DNA of 55,202 nucleotides from Candidatus Coprovivens sp. (GCA_051892935.1 JBJFGS010000014.1:25982-81183); one strand, 5' to 3'. Shown: positions 26,486 to 37,476, counted from the stretch's first letter. Translations and numbers: made by a program. The notes: a model not told the origin generated them from the sequence alone.

Positions 26486-28776
26486 TATCTTCTACCATTC
26501 TTAATAGCGTCTTCACATGATAAGATTAATCTCATACCTAATTCATCACCAGAAATCTCACTAAGCTGTGAATAGCTTCCTACTTCATTGTACACTTCGC
26601 CAAAACCATACATTTTTTTAGCTTGCTTAATAATATAATTCAAATAACTATCACTCTTAGTTTGTACAAACTTTTCTCTCATTATCTGATCAACACTCTT
26701 ACTATTATGTCTAATATACTTAGTAATTGCTGAAGCATCTCTCGTTGTAACTATTCCTGGAGGAACATCAAGACCTTCTGCTTTAGCATAACCATCACAT
26801 ATTTTCCTGAAATTTACAAATAACTCATACCAAGATTCATATTCACCAAATATTCTTTGTTCAACTCTATTATCATAATTTATTTTTTTAGGAGTCATTC
26901 TTTCTTGAACAGATTCATCCATTTTACCACGTGATGAAAAGATAGCATTTTCTCCTTCACCAGAAGTATTACCAGCACTTATCATTCTAAAATTAGGATG
27001 AATTGGTACTGTCATATCTTCCGCAAATGTAACAAATCTTTGTCTATCTGGCTTTTCTAATACATCAAGTAAACCTGAATATAACTCATTTAATACTACT
27101 TGAGTATCAGGATTACCATTATCAAATTCATCTAATAATAGCATTTTCCCATAAGTTAGAGCAACAAAAGCCTGTGTAGCTCTAAAATTACCATGTGGAT
27201 CATTATATGCCATAATACTATACTTATCAGTAATCTTTCCATTATCTATTAATTCTATTCCTAATAAAGAAGCAACCTGTTTAACCAAATATGACTTACC
27301 ACATCCAGAAGGTCCCCACAAATAAGGCCAATCTCCTTCCATAAGACAAATAATTATCTCTTCAGTCATCTCATGGAATATTTCACCATTTTCTTCTCTT
27401 CTTCTTTTTTCTAATAATACTTTTTCAAGCCTAACATCAAATGGAATAGATTCATCAAAAGCAGGTAATATTACAATATTTTCAACTTTCTCTGGTACAA
27501 CAACATTAGGATTAGCTGGAATAACCAATCTATCATGTCCAGGTATTAAGATTCCTGTTTGAGCATTTCCTACTACAGCTCCACTCATTGCTCCTGCATT
27601 TAAAGAACTAAATTGCAATAAAGCTTCTCTAATAGAACTATCATTACTAGCTTTTTGTAATAATTCTTGTAATTTAGGTTCATTTTCAACATAATTTTTA
27701 AGTCTATCAACACTATCTGCTGAAGCTTGTTGAATTCTAATTAATTCAGAAGTAGTTGCATTAGTTAGCCCCTCAGCAGCTACCCTAATCTGTCTAATTT
27801 TTTCTTGGGCATCTAGAAGAATTTGATTAAATACTTTATCACTGCTTTGTTTTAAAGTAAGTTCTAAAGAAATTAAATATTCATCCAATTGTTTAAGTAA
27901 TTCTGTCTTAGCTTCATTAACAGATTCCTGCATTTTATTAATCGATTCTAATGAATAATCACCAATCTCTTTTTTACTAGATACAACTAAATCTCTAATA
28001 TCTTTTCTTCCACTATTAACTAATGAATCAATTGTATCTTTAAATTTATCAATCTTTTTTTGCATTACTTCTAATTTAACAATCAAAGACTGAGCTTTTT
28101 CTGCTTCTGCTGAAATAAGAGCCAAAGTTTTCTCATCAACTGGGAAAATACCTACACGCTTCCTTGCATCGCTTATTCTTTGTTTAAAATAATCATCAGC
28201 TGAACCAACAACACCTTTTAATCCATTAATACAAGAAACGACTTCACATCTTAACATAGTTTGATTAGGTATATAAGGAGCTACTTCTATAACAAAATTA
28301 AATATATCTCTATATGAACAAGGTAAATTATCATAAGAAGAAATTAAATCTATAATAAACAAATAATCATATCTTGAACTAAAAACAGAATACAAATTTT
28401 TATCAAACAAACCTTTTTTTATCAAACTATTATTACCAATTAATTTATTAATAACCATATTTTTAATATTCTGATAATCTTCTGTTTCCATTCCCTCTGG
28501 TAATAAAAATTTAACTATTTCTCCTAGTTCATCAAAAATTGATTTAAATTCTACATAATCTTCAAAATGTGTATCCAATAATTCCAATAATACTTTTTCT
28601 AAAAAATCATATTCATAAAAATCATTATTTATTTCTTTATCTCTAATTTTTTCTACATAATCAACTAGATATTGTATTGTTTCCAAATCAATTTTTTGGG
28701 CTGATTTAATAACTCTTATTAAATTTCTATATTTTTTTTCTTCTTCAGTTTCATTAAAAAATCCCATTTTACTCAC
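26485..28776 (-). CDS. MoxR/CobS-like AAA+ ATPase with long N-terminal helical/coiled-coil region
   Basis: Walker A GPSGCGKS, Walker B LLLDEFD, sensor IHPNFRMISAGNT, MDESVQER. Confidence 0.85.
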   Translation of the reverse strand: MSKMGFFNETEEEKKYRNLIRVIKSAQKIDLETIQYLVDYVEKIRDKEINNDFYEYDFLEKVLLELLDTHFEDYVEFKSIFDELGEIVKFLLPEGMETEDYQNIKNMVINKLIGNNSLIKKGLFDKNLYSVFSSRYDYLFIIDLISSYDNLPCSYRDIFNFVIEVAPYIPNQTMLRCEVVSCINGLKGVVGSADDYFKQRISDARKRVGIFPVDEKTLALISAEAEKAQSLIVKLEVMQKKIDKFKDTIDSLVNSGRKDIRDLVVSSKKEIGDYSLESINKMQESVNEAKTELLKQLDEYLISLELTLKQSSDKVFNQILLDAQEKIRQIRVAAEGLTNATTSELIRIQQASADSVDRLKNYVENEPKLQELLQKASNDSSIREALLQFSSLNAGAMSGAVVGNAQTGILIPGHDRLVIPANPNVVVPEKVENIVILPAFDESIPFDVRLEKVLLEKRRREENGEIFHEMTEEIIICLMEGDWPYLWGPSGCGKSYLVKQVASLLGIELIDNGKITDKYSIMAYNDPHGNFRATQAFVALTYGKMLLLDEFDNGNPDTQVVLNELYSGLLDVLEKPDRQRFVTFAEDMTVPIHPNFRMISAGNTSGEGENAIFSSRGKMDESVQERMTPKKINYDNRVEQRIFGEYESWYELFVNFRKICDGYAKAEGLDVPPGIVTTRDASAITKYIRHNSKSVDQIMREKFVQTKSDSYLNYIIKQAKKMYGFGEVYNEVGSYSQLSEISGDELGMRLILSCEDAIKNGRR

Positions 28777-30088
28777 CCTTAACCAATCTATATACTTTTG
28801 CTTTATTAAATAAATCTACACCACACAATATATTTTTTTCCTTACTTACTGGAATTAATCCATCTCTTGAAATACCATTAATCCCATCACTACTTTCTAC
28901 TAAATGATAATAATAATTACCAGCTAGTTGAGAAACATAATAGCCATTTTTTTGACCAACATCCAAAAAAGTACTTTCCATTGCATATATCCCTTTAACA
29001 GAATCAATACATATACATGATATATTCTTTTTTACTTCATCAAGCGTAACATCAATTGCATCTACGCTAACAGTTCTATTCCTACAATAACTCTTTGAAA
29101 AATACTCTCTTATAAAAAATGAATCATCTGAAGGCAGTACAAACATATTATGTCTATCAATCACTTTTTCTGTATCACTAACTTCATTAATTGTATTATT
29201 AATACCATAAATACCACCAAAAGGTAATTTAAACCATTTAAAACAAGTATCACTATCTATATCAGTTATATTACTAATATCATTATCAACTTCTTTTAAA
29301 TCTCTATTTTCATAACCAATAGGAACACCATCTTTTTTTATAGTATGTATCTCCTTAACTACATCAGAACTAACTAAATATAAAGAAGAACAACTAATCA
29401 TATTATCTCCCATACCTAAGCTAACACAAATACTATCTTTCAAAAAATCAATATCTATATTAACAGGAATTCCTTTATCTACTAGTCCCTGAATAGATAC
29501 CTCATATCTATTATCACTAACTTTATTAAAGCTTAATATAAAATATTTATCTATTCCATTTACTTTTCCAGCTAAAGAATAGAAATTTCTATATCCATTT
29601 ATTTCTTCATCAAAAGAAACAACAATATCTGACATATTAAACACTTTCTTTATATGAAACTTTATAATTGGCAATATTAATTTTAATTCATCTATTTCAA
29701 ACAAAAGACTATTAGAATAACTATCTTTTCCATCATAAAAACTATATATATCATTAATTTTTTCAAGTACACCACTATCAAGTATTCTCTTAGTTCTATC
29801 ATCTATCCTTATTCTTTGTCTTAATCTAAACGGATCAGTCAAACTATCTTCTAAAATATTATTTTTTTCATCATTATATACTTCAACTACTTTTTTTACA
29901 TAAATATCAAAATATTTATCTCTTGCACATAAATTTAAAGTTTTTCCTCCATCATAAGTAATCATTATTGCAGGAATTACTAATATTTTAGAGTTTTCTG
30001 TTCCATGTAAATCCCAAAAATTAACAAATTCTAAATTACGTATATTATATATATTTATAAGTTGCTCATCCATAGATTCAAATTTCAT
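28769..30088 (-). CDS. Hypothetical protein (beta-rich)
   Basis: Long ORF overlapping the AAA start by 8 nt; ATG 30088 follows an AGGGGG RBS. Confidence 0.7.
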   Translation of the reverse strand: MKFESMDEQLINIYNIRNLEFVNFWDLHGTENSKILVIPAIMITYDGGKTLNLCARDKYFDIYVKKVVEVYNDEKNNILEDSLTDPFRLRQRIRIDDRTKRILDSGVLEKINDIYSFYDGKDSYSNSLLFEIDELKLILPIIKFHIKKVFNMSDIVVSFDEEINGYRNFYSLAGKVNGIDKYFILSFNKVSDNRYEVSIQGLVDKGIPVNIDIDFLKDSICVSLGMGDNMISCSSLYLVSSDVVKEIHTIKKDGVPIGYENRDLKEVDNDISNITDIDSDTCFKWFKLPFGGIYGINNTINEVSDTEKVIDRHNMFVLPSDDSFFIREYFSKSYCRNRTVSVDAIDVTLDEVKKNISCICIDSVKGIYAMESTFLDVGQKNGYYVSQLAGNYYYHLVESSDGINGISRDGLIPVSKEKNILCGVDLFNKAKVYRLVKGE

Positions 30089-30157
30089 AAAATTCCCCCT
30101 AATAATCTGTTTTATGATAAACTTAACATCACTTTTTGTCAAATAAAAAGCACTATA

Positions 30158-32011
30158 TTAGTGCTTTAAATCAGGTTGACCATCAATATCAAACTTATTA
30201 CTAACATTTAAAATAACTAAACTATTATTCTCTTTATCTACCTTATATCTCATAGGAAAACATTTAAAATGCCTTTTCTTATTATACTCCATAATTTCAT
30301 TTACCTGATTTTCTAATTCCTCTCCAGAAAAACCATACGCATCTCTATACAAAGCAGTTATACCTGCTTTAAACATATTACCATCTATAACATGATTATT
30401 TTTTTGAACAATTCTTTCTCCTATATCAAGCAATATTTCTTGAATTTCTTCTTTCGTAAATTTTTTATTATTTTTTGAAATATCAGGATACTTATTACAC
30501 ATAAAAATATAGAAATCAGAATCTATTTTTTTAAAACAAAATAACAAACTACTAATTACATTAGATTCATCTTTTTTTCTATTTTTATCCAAATATATAT
30601 TTATCTTAGTATAAAAATCTTCCAAACTATGTGTAAAAAATAATTCACTAACCCCATATATATTATAATAATTATATCTATCTAAACCAATATACTCTTC
30701 TTCAGTCATTAAAGCATAATTATAAGTATCATGTTCCATTTCATTATCCCATGTAGGATCAGCATAGTAATAACCATCTATATCATATTTAGAATCAACT
30801 AAGTGAACTCTCCTTCTAGAATGACCTACTGATTCAGTTTCAAAAGATTTTAACTCACCTGTTTTTTCATCATAAATAAAATCAGGCAATGGTTTATCTT
30901 CATTAGGAATAGTATCAAAACCAATATCAACACTTACAGAATCTTCACAATTTTCTATTCCTAACTTATCTAATAAATCACCTAATAATTTAGAATAAGC
31001 AACGCAAACCATAAATTCATTATCAAATATTTGATACAAATCTCTCGCACTTGTTCTATCATTTTCATTTTCTTTATACTTTTTAAAATTCTTTACTACA
31101 TTATATGCAAATAAATATTTTTCAAAGGGACTAAGATTAATAGCTGGCATAATAAGATCTAATAATTTTTTTTCATACTTCATATAAGTAGTCAAACTAT
31201 GAACACTTCCGCTCAAAGAGATAAAAATATCTTCTGAATGACTTATATCATCAAGATTGTAAAAAATATAATTATTTAAAAGATTCTTATCATCAATACA
31301 AATAGTTATTTTACCAGTATGACCTACTTCTCTTAAAGTATTAATACATCTAAAAACATTTTTATAATCATCAAAAGAAAATCTAATATTGGCATTTTTT
31401 TTAACATATTTTAAATTACTTATTTCTTCCTCATTTAAAGAATTATTTAAAAACACATTATCCGAATTTTGCAAACTATCATAAGTATCAAAACCTATTA
31501 AAGTTCTACGTAAATTATAACCGATTAAAGGATTAAAATTATCTTTCAGTTCAGGAGAAACATCATAAGTTATTATAGAAGTAATATGTGTTCCTTCAAA
31601 TCTTTTATAAATATCTTCAGTAAGAACAAACTTATCTTCTCTAGATCCCAATGTAATTTCTTGTAAATTAGGATTATCTAAAATTGCATCTAATACTCTT
31701 TCTGTTATCAATACAGAATCATCTATCTTTATACTTTTTTCTTTTGTATTTTTACAAATTCTAACAACCAATTCATCAATTTCTTCATTATGTAATTTAT
31801 AATAAGTTTGATCAACACAAAAAGCATTTTGATAAAAAAAATTATCAACATACATAATTGGATTATCATAATCACACATTAATATTTTCTTATCAGGAAA
31901 CAACAAACTTCCATCAATAGTAATCTTTTCTATTTTTAAATCATCTATTTCAGATAGAGATACTTTTTTGCAATTAAACTTAGGTAAAGAATATCCTTTT
32001 ATCTCTTCCAT
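30158..32011 (-). CDS. Transglutaminase-like (Cys-His-Asp) domain protein
   Basis: LSPFEKYLFAYNVVK, MVCVAYSKLL..LL..LGI, GHSRR and YYADPTWD motifs. Confidence 0.8.
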   Translation of the reverse strand: MEEIKGYSLPKFNCKKVSLSEIDDLKIEKITIDGSLLFPDKKILMCDYDNPIMYVDNFFYQNAFCVDQTYYKLHNEEIDELVVRICKNTKEKSIKIDDSVLITERVLDAILDNPNLQEITLGSREDKFVLTEDIYKRFEGTHITSIITYDVSPELKDNFNPLIGYNLRRTLIGFDTYDSLQNSDNVFLNNSLNEEEISNLKYVKKNANIRFSFDDYKNVFRCINTLREVGHTGKITICIDDKNLLNNYIFYNLDDISHSEDIFISLSGSVHSLTTYMKYEKKLLDLIMPAINLSPFEKYLFAYNVVKNFKKYKENENDRTSARDLYQIFDNEFMVCVAYSKLLGDLLDKLGIENCEDSVSVDIGFDTIPNEDKPLPDFIYDEKTGELKSFETESVGHSRRRVHLVDSKYDIDGYYYADPTWDNEMEHDTYNYALMTEEEYIGLDRYNYYNIYGVSELFFTHSLEDFYTKINIYLDKNRKKDESNVISSLLFCFKKIDSDFYIFMCNKYPDISKNNKKFTKEEIQEILLDIGERIVQKNNHVIDGNMFKAGITALYRDAYGFSGEELENQVNEIMEYNKKRHFKCFPMRYKVDKENNSLVILNVSNKFDIDGQPDLKH

Positions 32012-32056
32012 ATCATCACCTACTATACTAAATTAATTATAACAAAAAAAAGATGA

Positions 32057-33382
32057 TTATTCATCATCTTCATCTTTACTTCCTCTATTTTTAAACTGTA
32101 ATATGATTGGTGTACCAGTAAAATCGAAATTATTTCTAATCGTATTTTCTAAATATCTCTCATAACTAAAATGTACCAATCCCTTATTATTACATCTAAA
32201 AGTAAACTTAGGTGGACACATACCTGTTTGACTACTAAAATATATTTTTAATTTTTTACCTTTATAACCAGGAGCTTCATGTAATTTACAGGCATCTGTA
32301 ATAACATTATTTAAAATAGATGTTTTGACTTCTCTTCTATTATTTTCATAAGCACTTATAATCTCTGGCATTAAAGTATGTAGTCTTTTTTTAGTTAATG
32401 CTGATAAGAAGACTACTTTAGCCCATGTCATAAATTGAAAATCGACTTTCAATAGTTCTTTCCATTCTTTTATAGCTTTATCTTTATCTTCAATAACATC
32501 CCATTTATTAACAACTAATACTAATCCTTTTCCAGCTTCAATAGCATAACTAGCTATATGTTTATCATGTTCTATAATGCCAGTAGAAGCATCTATTACA
32601 AGAACGCACACATCAGATCTATCAATAGCTTTTAAACTTCTAAGTAAACTATATTTTTCAATATTTTCATATATTCTACCTTTTTTTCTCATCCCAGCCG
32701 TATCAATAACAGTATATTCTTCACCATTATATTTAAACTTTGTATCCAAAGAATCCCTAGTAGTACCAGCAACATTAGATACAATTGATCTTTCTTCACC
32801 TAAAATAGCATTAACTAAACTACTTTTTCCAACATTAGGTCTTCCTATTACACAAAATTTTAATGTATTATCAACAATTTCTTCATTATTATTAAAATCT
32901 TTTGTAACTTCATCTAATAAATCATCAAAACCTAAATTATGTGAAGCAGATACAGGTATTACATATTCGAATCCTAATTCATAATAATAATATATTCTTT
33001 CTTGCTGCATTTCTATATTATCAAGTTTATTTAAAGTAACAATGACTTTTTTATTAGTTTTCATTAACATATCACGAATATATAAATCATTACTTGTTAA
33101 ATCTTCACGTCCATCTACAACAAATACTATTACATCCGATTCTTCTACAGCAATTTCAGCTTGAGCTTTAATATCCTTATTAAAATCTCCTACACCTAAA
33201 TCAATACCACCAGTATCAATAAGTAAAAAAGTTTTTTCATTATATGTAACATCACCATATATTCTATCTCTTGTTACACCAGGATCATCTAATATTATAG
33301 ATTTATTCTCTTTAATTAATCTATTAAATATCGTACTCTTACCAACATTAGGTCTTCCAATTAAACAAACTGTTTTTTTCAT
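32057..33382 (-). CDS. der: Ribosome biogenesis GTPase Der (EngA)
   Basis: Two GRPNVGKS G-domains, DTGG/DTAG, and a KH-like C-terminus with YLENTIR. Confidence 0.98.
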   Translation of the reverse strand: MKKTVCLIGRPNVGKSTIFNRLIKENKSIILDDPGVTRDRIYGDVTYNEKTFLLIDTGGIDLGVGDFNKDIKAQAEIAVEESDVIVFVVDGREDLTSNDLYIRDMLMKTNKKVIVTLNKLDNIEMQQERIYYYYELGFEYVIPVSASHNLGFDDLLDEVTKDFNNNEEIVDNTLKFCVIGRPNVGKSSLVNAILGEERSIVSNVAGTTRDSLDTKFKYNGEEYTVIDTAGMRKKGRIYENIEKYSLLRSLKAIDRSDVCVLVIDASTGIIEHDKHIASYAIEAGKGLVLVVNKWDVIEDKDKAIKEWKELLKVDFQFMTWAKVVFLSALTKKRLHTLMPEIISAYENNRREVKTSILNNVITDACKLHEAPGYKGKKLKIYFSSQTGMCPPKFTFRCNNKGLVHFSYERYLENTIRNNFDFTGTPIILQFKNRGSKDEDDE

Positions 33383-33496
33383 TACTATCCCCTCCACTTC
33401 ACATGTATTTTAACATATTATTGGCGTTTTTTAAATCACATTAAGGATTATAAAGTAAATAAATAAAAAAAGCAAATATAACAATTAAAAAAGGTA

Positions 33497-34087
33497 CTAT
33501 TTAGTACCTAAAGATTCTTTAATTATATTATAGATATCTTCTTTACCTTTTTTAGTAACAGAAGAAAAAATAACTATATTATCATTTCCTTTCAAAGGAA
33601 ATGATTCTTGTAAATACTTATCACTCTTAGCTTTTTCTTTCTGTGTCATCTTATCGCTTTTCGTAGCAACTATCGTTACATCAAGATTATAATATTTCAT
33701 AAAATTATACATTAATTCATCATCTTCAGTTGGTTTATGTCTATAATCAACTAATAAAAAAACCCTCTTTAATATTTTTCTATTTTTTAAATACTCTTCA
33801 ATCATTAATCCAAACTTATGTTGTGTATCTTTATTAACAGATGCATAACCATATCCTGGAACATCAACCAAATAAAATTTATCATTAACTAAATAAAAAT
33901 TCAAAGTTTGTGTTTTACCAGGTGTTGCACTAGTTCTTGCGAAATTCTTTCTATTAACTAAAGTATTAATAAAAGAACTCTTACCAACATTACTTCTACC
34001 TACTAATAAAAACTCTGGATTATTATCATCCGGATATTGACTTGTTCTAACAGCCATTGATTTTAACTCTACCGATTCAATTTTCAT
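33497..34087 (-). CDS. engB: GTP-binding protein EngB/YsxC
   Basis: GRSNVGKSSFIN, PGKTQTLNFY, DVPGYGYA and TKSDK motifs. Confidence 0.97.
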   Translation of the reverse strand: MKIESVELKSMAVRTSQYPDDNNPEFLLVGRSNVGKSSFINTLVNRKNFARTSATPGKTQTLNFYLVNDKFYLVDVPGYGYASVNKDTQHKFGLMIEEYLKNRKILKRVFLLVDYRHKPTEDDELMYNFMKYYNLDVTIVATKSDKMTQKEKAKSDKYLQESFPLKGNDNIVIFSSVTKKGKEDIYNIIKESLGTK

Positions 34088-34228
34088 GAATATCACCTAC
34101 GTGCCATAATTATATAAAAAATAAGTACCAAAAGTCAAATTGCATCTTTTAAATAGTCAAAAAACAACTTATATTTGCTCTTTTTAAAAAAATAATTATA
34201 ATAGTATTCACTTAAAGGGGAAATATAT

Positions 34229-35314
34229 ATGTCTGAACAAAAACTAACCAAAGAACAAGAACAAAGACTTAAAGAAGATATAATAGCTACACAAGAATTA
34301 ATGCTTCGTAATAATGGGCAATATGGTATTATTGAACAATTAAAAGGATCATCACCATTTACAAAAAATACTCACTATGAAAGTCTTTATGCCTTTGCAA
34401 CAGAAGATATGTCTTCATACTTCAAAGAATTCAAAGTAACAAATTCATTTCTAACCATTGGAGCCAGCGGTGATCAAGTAATAAACGCAATTAATAGTGG
34501 AGCTAAAATAATAGATGTCTACGATTCTAATAGATTATGCCGTCATGCTATGCATCTCAAAATTGCAGCTATAAAAGCACTAACATATGAAGAATTTATT
34601 GATTTTTATAATACTTTCACACCATTTTTATTCATAAAAATAGCAGATTCCCTACCATACGAAGAATTAATGTATTGGGGTACACTATATAGTATGTATG
34701 GACCAAATAATATAAAAGGTGGCGACTACTTAAATAGTCTTCTATTCACATACAAAAGATTAGATCAAAATCTTATAAAAAGTATTAATCCATATCTTGA
34801 TCCAACAAATTACAAAAAATTAAAATCAATAATTAATAATGTAAGTATTAACTATATAGATAGTGATTTATATGGTTTACCAAGTCATATTGAAGGAAAA
34901 ACATACGATGTAATAAACCTTTCTAATATCTATGAATATCTAAATTATAGTAATGACACGAGATTTAAACACGCTCGTAATTTTAAGACTTTTGTTATGG
35001 AACAATTATTTCCACATCTAAACCCAAACGGAACAATATTAGTTTCATATTTATATGCATGGTCAAAAAAAGCCTATGAAGATTTTAAAAAAATGTATAA
35101 AAAAACCAATGGTAAAGTAGTATCAACAGGAGCACTAAATTTCGAAGATTACTTTAAATACTATTTACCAGGACTTACAACACAAAATCTATCATATCAT
35201 TATTTATTAGAAGCATTTAAAGACACTTGCATAGAAAAAATACCTACATCACATGTCCAGTTTGGTCAAAGTACAGATATGTCTCATGATATGGCAATAA
35301 TTTTAAGAAAATAA
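34229..35314 (+). CDS. DUF3419/BtaA-like SAM-dependent transferase
   Basis: YAFATED, LTIGASGDQVINA, VYDSN..LKIAAI and YDVINLSNIYEY Rossmann/SAM motifs. Confidence 0.7.
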   Translation: MSEQKLTKEQEQRLKEDIIATQELMLRNNGQYGIIEQLKGSSPFTKNTHYESLYAFATEDMSSYFKEFKVTNSFLTIGASGDQVINAINSGAKIIDVYDSNRLCRHAMHLKIAAIKALTYEEFIDFYNTFTPFLFIKIADSLPYEELMYWGTLYSMYGPNNIKGGDYLNSLLFTYKRLDQNLIKSINPYLDPTNYKKLKSIINNVSINYIDSDLYGLPSHIEGKTYDVINLSNIYEYLNYSNDTRFKHARNFKTFVMEQLFPHLNPNGTILVSYLYAWSKKAYEDFKKMYKKTNGKVVSTGALNFEDYFKYYLPGLTTQNLSYHYLLEAFKDTCIEKIPTSHVQFGQSTDMSHDMAIILRK

Positions 35315-35347
35315 AAAACTCATTTCTGTAATAAGAAATGAGTTTTT
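35315..35347. terminator. Bidirectional terminator between convergent genes
   Basis: AAAAACTCATTTCT-GTAATA-AGAAATGAGTTTTT. Confidence 0.8.
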
Positions 35348-35355
35348 CATATCAA

Positions 35356-37476
35356 TTAATTAAAGAACTTTTTATCATTATTATCTTTAGTTAATTTAGA
35401 ATCATCACTATAACCATTTTTTATTTGGTCAATTATTTTTTTCTTAACATCTTCTTCATTATTAACTATAGGTTTAGAATTAAATTTTAAATTGCAATAA
35501 TCATATATATTCAAACCTTTTTTACGTTCTTGCTCATTTTGTTCTTCTAATTTAGCAATACCAAAATAATTATAAGCAAAATATCCAGCTATTATCAAAA
35601 CAACAAGTATTAAATTAAGAATCCAATGTGTAATATCAAAAACACTTAACAATCCTACAAAACCAATTGCAACTATTCCAACAACAGCTGGAACATAATC
35701 AAACATTGGCAATATTCTTTCAAACAACTTAGTAAAGTAATAATATAAGAACACAACTACTAAAACGGCAAACGCAATTACATAAGACAAAGTAGGAGCC
35801 ACATCTAAACAAGTTAATAAATATATTAAGAATTGATTAACTAATAAAGCACATACTGTATAGAACTTACCAAGTTTTACTCCCATAGTAGTAATAACAG
35901 CTGTTATAGCAATTGATAAACCAATTAATACAATAGTTACATTAGTAGTAATATTTAATATTGAAGCTATTGAATTAGCAATTATTAAAATAGTTAATAA
36001 AACCATTGAAATAATAGTACCAATCCTTCTCTTTTTATATTGCTCAGGAGTTAAAGAAGAATCATCATCATATTCATAATCATATACTCTTACTCCATCA
36101 TTTATTTCATCCTTAGTGCGTTTCATAGTTGCAGCAGCATTTGCTGCAGCAGCACCAACAGCAGCCATTCCTCCAATTGCCAAACTAGCTGATGAAACAT
36201 TTTTATCTAAATCTAAATCTAAAGAATCAACAGCATTTTCTTTATCAGGACCATCCAACATTCCAAGGAATGCATCTTCAGCCATCTTAAATTTTTGTGA
36301 ATTAATAGCATCAGCAAATGTACCATCTAAGAATGGATAAATAACATTTCCATTTTCATCGTAATACATAATATTACCATCTTCATCAACCATCATTTTA
36401 CCCTTTTTCAACAATTCATTTATGAAATCGATATCAGAACTATTAGTACCATATTCGTAACCAGGAATAACATTTTTATCTGGTTTTCCATCGCCATCAG
36501 TATCAACATTAATATCTGGAATACCATCTCCATTTAAATCAATATTAATATCAGCATATCCATTTCCATCAGAATCAATATTTAAATCTGGTTTTCCATC
36601 GCCATTTGTATCTATATTAATATCAGGAATACCATCTCCATTTGTATCCACATTTAAATCTGGTTTTCCATCGCCATTTGTATCTATATTAACATCTGGA
36701 ATACCATCTCCATTTGTATCAATATTTAAATCTGGTTTTCCATCGCCATTTGTGTCTATATTAACATCTGGAATCAAATCGCCATTTGTGTCAATATTTA
36801 AATCTGGTTTTCCATCGCCATCAGTATCTATATTAACATCAGGAATTTTATCGCCATTTGTATCAATATTTAAATCAGCTACGCCATCACCATCAGTATC
36901 AACATCAACTTTTGGAGATTCAGTTGGAGTTGTATCACTAGTATCATCACCAGTACCATCGCCATCTCTAACAGTTGGATCTTCAACATCAATTCCAGAA
37001 CCATCTCCAATTCCCAAACCACTACCAACTCCAGCTAAATCAACAGGGACTTCTGGAGGAACATCCAATCCTCCAACAATAGCATCATAATCTGGAGGAG
37101 CTGATGGTAAAGATTCATAATTTAAAACTGCAGCTTCAATATTTTTAACTTTCGTATCAACAGATGTTACATTAGAATTAATAACCTCCGATGCAGCACG
37201 CATTCTTTGAAGATTAGTTCTAGCATTAATTAAACTGTTACCATAATTATTCATATAATAACTATAATTTTCGTTTGTTAAAGATTCTATTTCGTTTCCA
37301 TAATCATCAGTCTCTATAGACATTTTTCTTACTTTAGCTTGTACTTCTTCCGCAGTAGGCAAATTCCTATAATAAGTAGCTAAAGAAGATGTAGCAGAAG
37401 ATATCTTTGTTTCAGCTGTTTCTAATTTTGATATAATATCACTACAAACAGAACCATCAAATTTCAATTTAGACAT
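35356..37476 (-). CDS. Large putative T7SS substrate, cassette 3 (helical N-terminus, 12 Ca-binding-like repeats, 6 TM C-terminus)
   Basis: 706 aa, no signal peptide; MSKLKFD...ATYY N-terminus; DTNGDGKPDLNI repeats; six hydrophobic helices. Confidence 0.7.
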   Translation of the reverse strand: MSKLKFDGSVCSDIISKLETAETKISSATSSLATYYRNLPTAEEVQAKVRKMSIETDDYGNEIESLTNENYSYYMNNYGNSLINARTNLQRMRAASEVINSNVTSVDTKVKNIEAAVLNYESLPSAPPDYDAIVGGLDVPPEVPVDLAGVGSGLGIGDGSGIDVEDPTVRDGDGTGDDTSDTTPTESPKVDVDTDGDGVADLNIDTNGDKIPDVNIDTDGDGKPDLNIDTNGDLIPDVNIDTNGDGKPDLNIDTNGDGIPDVNIDTNGDGKPDLNVDTNGDGIPDINIDTNGDGKPDLNIDSDGNGYADINIDLNGDGIPDINVDTDGDGKPDKNVIPGYEYGTNSSDIDFINELLKKGKMMVDEDGNIMYYDENGNVIYPFLDGTFADAINSQKFKMAEDAFLGMLDGPDKENAVDSLDLDLDKNVSSASLAIGGMAAVGAAAANAAATMKRTKDEINDGVRVYDYEYDDDSSLTPEQYKKRRIGTIISMVLLTILIIANSIASILNITTNVTIVLIGLSIAITAVITTMGVKLGKFYTVCALLVNQFLIYLLTCLDVAPTLSYVIAFAVLVVVFLYYYFTKLFERILPMFDYVPAVVGIVAIGFVGLLSVFDITHWILNLILVVLIIAGYFAYNYFGIAKLEEQNEQERKKGLNIYDYCNLKFNSKPIVNNEEDVKKKIIDQIKNGYSDDSKLTKDNNDKKFFN
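36469..36900. repeat. 36-bp coding repeat x12 (Dx(D/N)GDG Ca-binding-like)
   Basis: 12 units of D(T/S/L)(N/D)G(D/N)x(K/I)PD(L/V/I)N(I/V); alternating KPDL and IPDV give a 72-bp superperiod. Confidence 0.92.

Noticed and set aside
36469-36900. 36-bp periodicity resembling CRISPR repeat length
   Set aside because: Contiguous degenerate coding repeats with synonymous variation; no unique spacers or cas genes
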